64,000 bases of DNA from NCBI RefSeq assembly GCF_009914755.1, contig NC_060925.1; one strand, written 5' to 3'. The notes beneath the pieces are model-generated. The model had not been told where the DNA came from. It worked only from the letters and a program-made list of their open reading frames with translations, and made no database searches. Every line of letters starts with the position of its first letter. Positions within the stretch are counted from its first letter, which is position 1. The stretch comes from the human T2T-CHM13v2.0 reference genome, Homo sapiens. Positions 28,516-39,193 of the stretch are shown here, in pieces. The position numbers and the translations under genes are program-made.

Positions 28516-29549
28516 GTATTGCAAAATTACTTTGGAAAAACTATATGTACTTATAACGTATTAAGAACTTTGAAACTGCTAATTGTTGTAAAAATAACTT
28601 GCCATATGATTACAAAAGTTCAACTTAGGCCTCTTGCACAATTTTAATTGTATTTTGGGCTGTGCTGAGAAGTCCCAAGAGGACACAACAGATTTTCATT
28701 TGCATCTTTCCACCCAACAGCTTCAAACTGATAGTGCAGCATTCAATGTATCATTCCAGTATTATTAATTTAGGGTTTGTCCACTCCCCCTTTCCTGGAT
28801 GCCCCTCCTAAATATCCACTCAATGTCATCTTTGAGGCAGGAATTTATAAATGGGATTATGTCCAGTATTTTAAGGACATTGCAAAATAAACTACGTAAT
28901 GAGTGGACCAGATAGGCTGCATAAAGGTAAATAAAATAATTTTTCACACTAATGTAGATTCATTGCATCACATATTATTAATGTAAACTTTATCCTTCAA
29001 ACCACCTAGCAACAATATCTCATCATTAAGTATAATAAATGCTGAGGGCATTTCCCACCTCTCTATAAAACCACAGCACATTTTTTTCTCCCTTCTTCAT
29101 ATTACGCAGGCCTAATTTGCACAGAATCCAGAAGTGTTTCATTAATTCACTTAAATAGGTTGCTTTTTCCTAATGAGCTTACCTACACAGAAGTACCTAG
29201 GAGCTTTCCTCTCCTGGCGGGAAGACGTGTGATTCTGACACATAGGGTGAGAAAAAAAAAGGGTAATTCACTTGGGGCTGATGGCCTAAGAAGATGACAA
29301 ATACATGGGTGGAAGTGGTATTGTTTCTATCAGCATATACTTGAATTTCTAGAAAAGTTTGGCCTTTGTTTACACCCCCTGAGGTTGAGCAGGACAGAGA
29401 CAGGCTGTGGACACATCTGTCCCTAAGTATAGCGTCTCTCTGGCTCACTTTCCTCTTCCCATGCTGCACCCGTTCCCTAGTAATCTCTGCTGAAGTATTT
29501 GTATCGTTCAGCATGCACTCTAATAACATGAGGATATAAGAAAGAGAGC

Positions 29550-29982
29550 TGTTATGGATTTAATTGTGTCCCCTTCAAATGCATATGTTGAAGTGCTAAA
29601 CTCTGGTACCTCAAAATGTGACCTTATTGGGAAATGGGGTGGTTGCAGATGTAATTAGTCAAGACTAGGTCATACTGGTGTAGGGTGGGCCCCTAATTAA
29701 ATATAACTGGTGTCCTTATAGAAAGGAGAATCTTAGACACAGAAACACACACAGGGAGAATGCCATGTGAAGATGACAGTTATGCTGCTGCAGCCAAGGA
29801 CTACAGAGGCCAGGAGAGAGCCTTGGAACAGATCCTTCTTTAGTGCCTTCAGAGAGGGCATGGCCTGGCAGGCACCTTGATCTTGGATTTCTGACCTTAA
29901 GAACTGTGAGACAATAAATTTCTGCTATTTAAGCCACTGGGTTTGTGGTACTTTATTATGGCGTCCCTGGCAAACAAATACA
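29550..29982 (+). mobile_element. MLT1B/C (MaLR) solo LTR
   Basis: tgttatgg...aatgtgaccttatt...gaactgtgagacaataaatttctg...aaataca; TSD AGAGC/GGAGC. Confidence 0.9.
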
Positions 29983-30029
29983 GGAGCTATTATCAAAGAA
30001 TGGCAGTGTGTTGATTGCACGGGTCTAGC

Positions 30030-30562
30030 TCTATCTCAGTCCACAGCATCCAGTGTGAGCTTTCTGAAATGTAAATGAGATCACCTCACATCCCTGCTTA
30101 AACGCTTCCAGTGGCTCCTGTCACCCTCTTTTCCCTGTCTATAAGATCTACCAGATCTGTTCCAGAAAGCTCTCTTCCTTTTCACCCTCTCCAACCACAC
30201 TGGGCCCTTGTGGCTCTCCAAACACTAAGCACTCAGATATTCATATATTTTTTTCTATTCTCAAATTAGGTCTCTGCTAAAAAAAATCATTTCCCCATAA
30301 AGCCTTCTTTGATCACCATATTCAAATAACATTTTCCTTGCTTCTTCTTCTTTTTTTTCTCCCTCAATAACACTTACCAGTGCCTAACATTATGTACCTG
30401 TGTCTTGCTCATCACCATCTGCAAGCAGATAAGCTTTTCATGGGTAGGAATTGTGTCAGCTTCATTGTTGTATCCTCAAAGGCTAGAATTATAGAGTTCG
30501 TAGAAGAAGCTCAATACACATTTGTAGAAGGAATGAATGAAAGAATGAAGGAATGAATGATT
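30030..30562 (+). mobile_element. L2 3' region
   Basis: ccctgcttaaacgcttccagtggctcc...gaatgaatga tail. Confidence 0.7.
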
Positions 30563-31000
30563 GGCCACATACTCTGGGATTTTAGAGTTTTACATTTTCA
30601 ACAGCTACTTCCAGGGCATGCCTGATTGCCGTTTCCACTTTTCCCTGTGATCCTGTGAGATGGAGCCTGCATCTCACATATTGGACACTTCTCCCACACT
30701 TCCTCTCTCCCCCTTTCTCTCTCCCAAAAATTTGAGCCTCAGGAAAGGCATTTCCTAAATGAGGAAAGGGGCAAAGAAAATGAGCTCCCCTGGGGACAGC
30801 TCCTTCTCTTATGCATCCTTTTATTCCCTGCAGAGGCTGGTATAGAGTGGGTTCTGTAAATACTGATTAAAGGAATCAACAGGAAATGGTTTTTTATGAA
30901 GGACTACATTTTAGATTCACCTAAGTTTCTCTGAAGTAACCCATGCCTTTCAGATAGGCCTCATCTTTGGCTCCAACGACCATTCAATGCATCCATCTGT

Positions 31001-31488
31001 TGTAGGCAGCCAGTAGGATGGCCCCCAATAATCCCTTTGTCCTGGTGTTCATCCTGTGTAATCCCCTCCCCTTGAGCATGAGCTGGATTTAGTAACTCAA
31101 CGCTAAGGGATAGAAAAGAGCTGAGTGCTGGGCTGTCACTTCTAAGATGGTTATAAAAAGACTAGCTTTCATCTTGAGTGCTTTTGCTCTTTCCCTCTTG
31201 GATGCTTATTTTAGGAGAAGCCAGCTGCCATGTTGTGAGGCAGCCATGTGGAGAGGTCCACAGGAGTGAACTCAGGAGCAGACTCTCCCCCAGTTGGGCC
31301 TGGAGATGACTGCAGCCTGGCTGACACCTTGATAGAAGCCTCATGGGAGACCCGAAGTCAGAAATACACAGCAAATCTGCTCCCGGATTTCTTACCCACA
31401 GAAACAGTGAAATAATAGATGTTTGCTGTACCCAACTGCAAAGTTTGGGAGTACCAAATTTGTTGGGTAGCAGTAGATAACTGATAGA
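31001..31488 (+). mobile_element. MLT1E/F (MaLR) LTR
   Basis: tgtaggcagcc...gaagccagctgccatgttgtgagg...gatgactgcagcc...agtagataactgata. Confidence 0.8.
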
Positions 31489-31568
31489 TGGTGCTCTGGT
31501 AGAGCATTTGATTTTGGCTCCATTTGTGCATCATTTTGAAAGGATTACTAATGTGAAAAGATAGCTCA

Positions 31569-31868
<300 letters not shown>

Positions 31869-32059
31869 TAACTCAAGAGGTCTTCCAAAGGCTAATATAT
31901 ACATTTAAAGGGAGTTTTTAACATATCCGAGTTTTTAAAATTCGTAACACTTATTTTTGTATATATATTTAAAGTAGTGGCCAAAATGCAAGTTTAAACT
32001 GTCTTGTTTACTGAATGTCTACTCTCTGCCAGACAATCTTCTAAACATTTTACAGCTGT

Positions 32060-32385
<326 letters not shown>

Positions 32386-32871
32386 TCACAAAAACCTCCT
32401 GAAGTAAGGTGCTATCATAACCCATTCTAACTATGCAGAAACAGAGGAACAGGCAGTGTAAGCATCTTGCCCAAGGTCATACAACTAATAAGTGGTAGAG
32501 CCATGATAGTCTGGTTCCAAAGCCTTAACCACTAGTCTATATTGCATTTTAGACAAAAAGACAGATGATACAGATTAGTAAAACATGTCAAATAGCCTTA
32601 AAAAACAACCCTAGTGTAGAAGATTTACTAAACTAGGACAAGATTTTTCATGATTAAAAGATGGGATGTTGTTAGTCTGTAATGAATTCTCAGAAGGATT
32701 ATATGAGATAAATGAGATAATATACGACAAATACCTAGCATACTGTCTGGCAGATACCAGTACAAAAAAAGAACAGCCAAAAGAGAAAAGGAGATGGACT
32801 ATAAATTATCGTCGGAAAAAAAAATCACTTTCTATAGAGAGGTCATTTGGATCACAAGAAAATCCACAAGC

Positions 32872-32992
32872 TTCATCCTTGTCTAGGTAGCAGGTTGATA
32901 GGTGCAGCAAACCATACGTGGCACATGTAACAAACCTGCACGTTCTGCACACGTATCCCGGAACTTAAAGCAAAAAATAAATAAATAAATAG
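32872..32992 (+). mobile_element. Very short L1PA 3' tip insertion
   Basis: ggtgcagcaaacca...aacaaacctgcacgttctgcac...aacttaaag plus A tail; 14-bp TSD GAAAATCCACAAGC (32858-32871, 32993-33006). Confidence 0.88.
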
Positions 32993-34069
32993 GAAAATCC
33001 ACAAGCATTTACTGATCAGACTCCCGAGTCATTACTGTTCTTATTGACACGTTTCAAAGTCATCAAGACAGGTTGATAGCAAGAGGTGCAAGGATTGTGA
33101 CTCAGTCATATTCTTACCTGATCTAGGATCCCAGCAGTCACCCAGAATGATTCCCAGAAGAAAGGCCTTAAGAATGGAGGAAATAATACTGGAGTCAGAG
33201 GGTCCTGAGTACTGATGTATGACAGAGGAATAGAGACAGCATTTATTTGACTTACAGCTGAGACACCCATGTTTTAGTCTTTACCTTGACAGTATTTTCT
33301 ATCTGCATGACCTTGGGCAAGCCAGATCATGAATTGGACACATTGGCTCTTCTGGAGTCCACCTTCCCTCCTATTCAGGACTCTCAACGTGGATCGCAAC
33401 ATCCATTAGAGGACAGGGTGTGAAGTGACTTTTGTGTACACTGTGTTTCTGCACTGAGGACTCTTCCCATCTGGCCATGTGCCTGGGTCATCATTTGTAG
33501 TTGCATTGTGCCTAGAAATTCAGGGACTTTGACAGCCAGTGTCTAGAGTGCTTCAAAAGGAGTTTGTTTTCTGTCACTGTTTCCCTCGATCTGGTTTAAT
33601 CAATGGCACCGAACGAGAGACAGAATTCCTTTATGATATCCTTTCTGGGACTTGTTCATTACTTAGAATAAGGTGGCTTCCAAACCACCTTATTACTTAG
33701 AATAAGGTGCCAGACCAGATGTGGGTGCGTAACATTTCTAATCAGAGTCCAACCAATCACAGCAAACTAGTTTTCAGTGAAAAATGAAGTGACTAATGGA
33801 CTCAGTCTAAATGATTATGAGCTGAGTAAAAATTCCATTTTCCTAGTCAAAATAATGTAGAGCTGTTAAATTCAACTTCTGAGATTGTTTGTGGGTTTGC
33901 ATATTAATCTTCCTGAACATGTATACTTTTTACTCTGTCCATAATTTAAGTGCAGAAAATTAAACTATATGTAAAAAACAAAGCATGGACTCCCAATAAT
34001 ATTCAAAATAACGGCAGCAAGTACATAATTTGATACCTGAGTATCTTATCTTTCATAAAGGGAGGGAAA

Positions 34070-34280
34070 CCAATATTTCTTGCATACCTACTATGTGTGA
34101 GGCTCTGTACTAGGGACCTTTTTCATATGTTATCATTTATTCTTCACAACAGCTCTCTCAGGCACTTTTAATGATCCCTTTATTACAGAAGAGGTAGTGG
34201 ATGCTCCTAAAAGTTAGTGGCAGGGTTGGGGTTTGAACCCCGGTCTGACTGATGCTAAAACCCTCCTTCTTCCTATGAAC
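34070..34280 (-). mobile_element. MIR
   Basis: cctactatgtg...catttattcttcacaac...tttgaaccccggtctgactga. Confidence 0.7.
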
Positions 34281-34596
34281 AAATAGTTTAATTCCCATCC
34301 TAGAAAGGTTAATTTCGAATCTGCAGAGTTTTTCTCCTTAATCCAATAAATGAGCCTAATTTATGCTAAAGAATTTCAAATATTAAGATGCCAACTATCC
34401 AAACTTGTCAGCAAACCCATCTGACAATCACAACAAGGATGATAATGACAAATATGGCTTTGTATATGCCAGCCACTGTTCCACTTTATGTGGATGATCT
34501 CAGTTGTGTCACACAACCGTTCTATGAAGTAGGTGTTGTGGTACTGATTGGTGGAGGTTCTGCATGGTAGGGATGAGATATAAACTGAGACAGTCA

Positions 34597-34998
<402 letters not shown>

Positions 34999-35669
34999 CT
35001 ACCAGCATATTTTACTTCACTCATTTGGTGGAAGACAAAATACTTGTTACAAAGCTGTGTTCCCATGTTAACTAGCAAATAAAGGGAGCAACGGTGAGTA
35101 CAATTGGCAGTGGTGAGGACGGTGATGAACTGATACAAGGTCTAACAGTCACGTAATGTTAATATGTCAAAGAGAAGTGATAAAGATACCAACGGAGTTG
35201 GCTCCTCAAATAATGGATTCAGGGCTGTATAACCCACTGTATCGTAATGAAAATAAGAGGAATTTTGTGTTTGTAGCAAGGTTGTGATGGTGAAGTCAAG
35301 CAGAAGCTACCACCATGGCCTTTCCTGGTCCTTAGAAGGAATGAAGTGATTCCACCCTCTCCCTAAGACAGACTCCATCACTGTGGATTATCAGCTGGCC
35401 TGCTCCACCAAGGGAAACTTGACTCCAAGCCTCTCTGGATTAGCAGCCATTTTCTAGTGCAAGAGTGAATCAAAGTAGAAACGAAAATTCAATCTGATAC
35501 TAATCTCTCTAGGCAATATCTTTTTTGGGTTTTCTTTTAGGTGGCAGGAATAGTGGCATATTTCTGAATTCTGTGTTAACCTTTCATTGTTCAAACCACT
35601 GTTTAGTATCGTATAGTTTCTTCTCGGTTATGTAAGTTTAAAAATGTACGAAATCTCTCTCTTGCCCTA

Positions 35670-35925
35670 CAAAGTGTGGCAGGATAGGGTAGTGGTTATA
35701 CGGACTCTGGAGCCAGACCACCCAAGTCAGAATTCAGCTCTGACACTTAGCAGCTGTGTGACTTTGGGAAAGTTGCAACCTCTTGATGTACCTCAGTTTC
35801 CTCATGTGCAAATGAAAATATTATGGGGTTCTACCTTTGGGGGTTGTTGTAAGTTGGTGCAAATAAAGCACTTAGAACAGAGCATGGCACATGGTAAGCA
35901 TGCCAATACATGTTATTGGCAACTA
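35670..35925 (+). mobile_element. Near full-length MIR
   Basis: ggactctggagccagac...agctgtgtgactttggg...cctcagtttcctcat...aaagcacttagaacag. Confidence 0.85.
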
Positions 35926-36045
35926 TTGAGTTTACCTTGTAGTTCACTGTTCATAACTTAGGCAGCAATCCTGAGCTAAACTTAAACAAAATTAGGGCTT
36001 AATCCCCATGTTAATTATGGGGCTGGTGTATGTGTGTTATGGGAC

Positions 36046-37992
36046 TGTGGGGCCTGTCAAGATAGTCCTTCTAAGGTAAAGGGTAAGTTGCTGCATTTGG
36101 CCCCTCCTACAACCAAGAAAGAGGCACAATGCCTAGTGGGCCTATTTGGCTTTTGGAGGCAACACATTCCTCATTTGGGTATATTAGTCCTGCCCAATTA
36201 TCAAGTGACCTGAAAGGCTGCCAGTTTTGAGTGGGGTCCAGAACAGAAGGCTCTGCAACAGGTCCAGGCTGCTGTACGAGCTGCTCTGCCACTTGGGCCA
36301 TATGACCCAGCAGATCCAATCGTGCTTGAGGTGTCAGTGGCAGATAGGGATGCTGTTTGGAGCCTTCGGCAGACCCCCATAGGTGAATCACAGTGGAGGC
36401 CTCCAGGATTTTGGAGCAAGACCCTGCCATCTTCTGCAGATAACTACTCTCCTTTTGAGAGACAGCTCTTGGATTGCTACTGGGCTTTGGTGGAAACTGA
36501 ACATTTGACTATGGGTCATCAAGTCACCATGCCACCTGAATTGCCTATCATGAACTGGGTGCTTTCTGACCCATCTAGCCATAAAGTGGGTCATGCACAG
36601 CAGCATTCCATCATCAAATGAAAGTGGTATATACGTGATCGGGCTCGAGCAGGTCTTGAAGGCCAAGTAAGTTACATGAGGAAGTGGCTCAAACGCCCAT
36701 GGTCTCTACTCCTGCCACCCTGCTTTCTCTTCCCTAGCCTGCACCAATGGCCGCATAAGGAGTTCTCTATGATGAATTGACAGAGGAGAGAAGACTAGGG
36801 CCTGGTTCACAGATGGTTCTTCATGATATGCAGGCATCACCCAAAGTGGACAGCTGCAGCACTACAGCCCCTTTCCAAGACATCCCTGAAGGACAGTGCT
36901 GAAGGGAAATATTTCCAGTGGGCAGAACTTCAATCAGTGCACCTGGTTGTGTGATTATATACTGATACGTGGGCTGTAGCCAATGGTTTGGCTGGGTGGT
37001 CAGGGACCTGGAAGAAGCATGATTGGAAAATTGGTGACAAAGAAATCTGGGGAAGAGGTATGTGGATGGGCCTGAGTGGCCAAAAACTGTGAAGATATTT
37101 GTATCCCATGTGAGTGCTCACCAATGGGTGACCTCAGCAGAGGAGGATTTTAATAATCAACTGGCTAGTATGACCCATTCTGTGGACACCACTCAGCCTC
37201 CTTCTCCAGTCACTCCTGTCATCGCTCAATGGGCCCATCAACAAAGTGGCCATGGTGGCAGGGTTGGAGGTTACACATGGGCTCAGCAACATGGACTTCC
37301 ACTCACCAAGGCTGACCTGGCTACAGCCAGTGTTGAGTGCCCAATTTGCCAGCAGCAGAGACCAACACTGAGCCCTCGATATGGCACCATTCCTTGGGGT
37401 GATCAGGCAGCTAGCTACCTGGTGGCAGGTTGATTATATTGGACCTCTTCCATCATGGAAAAGGCAGAAGTTTGTCCTCACTGGAATAGACAATTACTCC
37501 AGATATGGGTTTGCCTATTTTGTATGCAATGCTTCTGCCAAGACTACCATCCGTGGACTCACAGAATGCCTTATCCACAATCATGCTATTCCACACAGCA
37601 TTGCCTCTGTCCAAGGCACTCACTTTATGGCTAAAGAAGTGTAGCAGTGGGCTCATGCTCATGGAATTCACCATCATCCTGAAGCAGCTGAATTGATAGA
37701 AAGGTGGAATGGCCTTTTGAAGTCACAATTACAATGCCAACTAGGTGACAATACTTTGCAGGGATGGGACAAAATTCTTTAGAAGGCCGTGTATGCTCTG
37801 AATCAGTGTCCAATGTATGGTACTGTTTCTCCCATGGCCAGGATTCAAGGGTCCAGGAATCAGGGGGTGGAAGTGGAAGTGGCACCACTCACCATCACCC
37901 TAAGTGATCCACTAGCAAAATTTTTGCTTCCTGTTCCCGCGACATTCTGTTGTGCTGGCCTAGAGGTCTTAGTTCCAGAGGGAGGAATGCTG
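36046..37992 (+). mobile_element. HERV-L internal fragment (pol: RT C-terminus/connection, RNase H, integrase, start of the dUTPase region), decayed
   Basis: Broken frames give PTTKKEAQCLVGLFGFWRQHIPHLG, AWFTDGS and IYTDTWAVANGL (RNase H), HQQSGHGG...CPIC (integrase Zn finger), WQVDYIGPLP and IERWNGLLK (DDE core), [10 protein letters not shown]; several stops and frameshifts. Confidence 0.93.
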
Positions 37993-38638
37993 TGGATATG
38001 GGTACAGCCGGGCGCGAGATTTACACCCTCTCCCCCGCACTTTCAAGGGCCCTCCAGAGCTCACCAGATGCCGCTGGAAGCGCGACGCTTTCCAAGGCGC
38101 GGACCCCTCTCTCCAGGCGAACCCAATTCCAGGGCGCCCTGCCCTTCACAAGGAGAAAAGAACTCTCCCCGGGGCTTCCATTGGCTTCTCTGGGATCCTT
38201 CGCATTACTGTGCTGGACGCTTGGCAGTGTCCATCTCCGCCACTCCGGATTCGGGATCTGAACCGGACTCCCTTTCGATTGGCTGAGGGCAACAGAGGCC
38301 ATCGCCTGTCCATTCAGAATGGCGCTCACCTATTTCTCAGGACCGAATGACCCATGTCCAACTGCTGTTCACATGGAACCCTTCTCCACTTCGGCCTTTG
38401 AAGTTCTCTTTAGAATATGTGCTACTACCACCAAGATCTGCACCTGCGGCGGCTCTGCCCGGGCCCAGCCCTGGGCTTCAAGACTCACCGCAGCGGCCCT
38501 CCTACTAGACGCATAGCGTCCACGGGGCTGGCGGGCGGGGGGGTGGTGACCTCCACACATACACTGCTTCTGTTCACTCTGGACTGCTGGCGATGGCCTG
38601 GTACAGGCCCGACAATCCAGTGCCATCCATTTTCAGGG
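37988..38638 (-). pseudogene. 28S (LSU) rRNA fragment, non-functional
   Basis: Reverse complement carries conserved 28S motifs CCCTGAAAATGGATGG, GCAGATCTTGGTGGTAGTAGCA, GAAGTGGAGAAGGGTTCCATGTGAACAGCAGTTG and GTACCCATATCC; many CpG-type substitutions; ~650 nt with no rDNA context. Confidence 0.95.
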
Positions 38639-38655
38639 GAACCCTGACTAATACA
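38639..38655 (+). mobile_element. 3'-terminal 17 nt of an MLT2-type (HERV-L) LTR
   Basis: GAACCCTGACTAATACA matches the recalled MLT2 LTR end (...GAGAACCCTGACTAATACA); followed by GGGAT, echoing GGGAC at 36041-36045. Confidence 0.72.
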
Positions 38656-38706
38656 GGGATCATTCAATAAAAAGACTCCAACTCTTAGAAATCAATTTAG
38701 TCACTA

Positions 38707-38712
38707 TTTATT
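38707..38712 (-). terminator. Distal poly(A) signal of VAV3
   Basis: AATAAA on minus strand with TGTA elements upstream and U/GU-rich sequence downstream (gagttggagtctttttattg). Confidence 0.85.
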
Positions 38713-39187
38713 ATATTGACATATTTACAAAATAATACAAAGTGAAATACCACTCTAATTCACCGTATTACACGAGGGCTGCATACAGGCAAGACAAAGT
38801 ATATGGAAAACATTTACTTCTGTCTTTGGTATTAGAACTCTACACAAATCTGCAGCATTTAAATTTTCCAAAACAAAGTATTAAACGTGGACAAAGATGT
38901 AATTGGTAATGTCACAAAAAGGGGCTCCAATATCCTCTGCTAGGAAACCCCCAGGCCCATGAAATGCAACAGGAAGACTAAACACCATTTATAAGGAGAG
39001 GGTCTATTGACTAAAATAAACAATACATGCTACAATACCATCCACAGGAGTGTTTCTGCTTGTGTGAGGCTGCTCCCTCCATAACAAAGTTCGGCTGACG
39101 GCAACAGACAAAACATTCCCGAGACAGAGTCGCAGATAAGACTTTACAGGAAAGAATCCATTCCAAGAGTACACTTTGAGGTGTAAC

Positions 39188-39193
39188 TTTATT
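39188..39193 (-). terminator. Candidate proximal poly(A) signal of VAV3
   Basis: Minus strand TGTACAATAAAG: UGUA directly upstream of AAUAAA, GU-containing sequence downstream. Confidence 0.55.

Noticed and set aside
37789-38286. 165-aa ORF crossing the HERV-L / antisense-28S junction
   Set aside because: GC-rich antisense rRNA is stop-poor by chance; no promoter or LTR upstream and the preceding pol is broken.
37988-38638. Functional rRNA gene
   Set aside because: Partial, diverged with CpG decay, no 18S/5.8S/ITS context.
38666-38671. Plus-strand AATAAA just after the chimera, suggesting a bidirectional poly(A) site
   Set aside because: Explained more simply as the complement of the U-rich downstream element of the VAV3 site; no plus-strand promoter seen.
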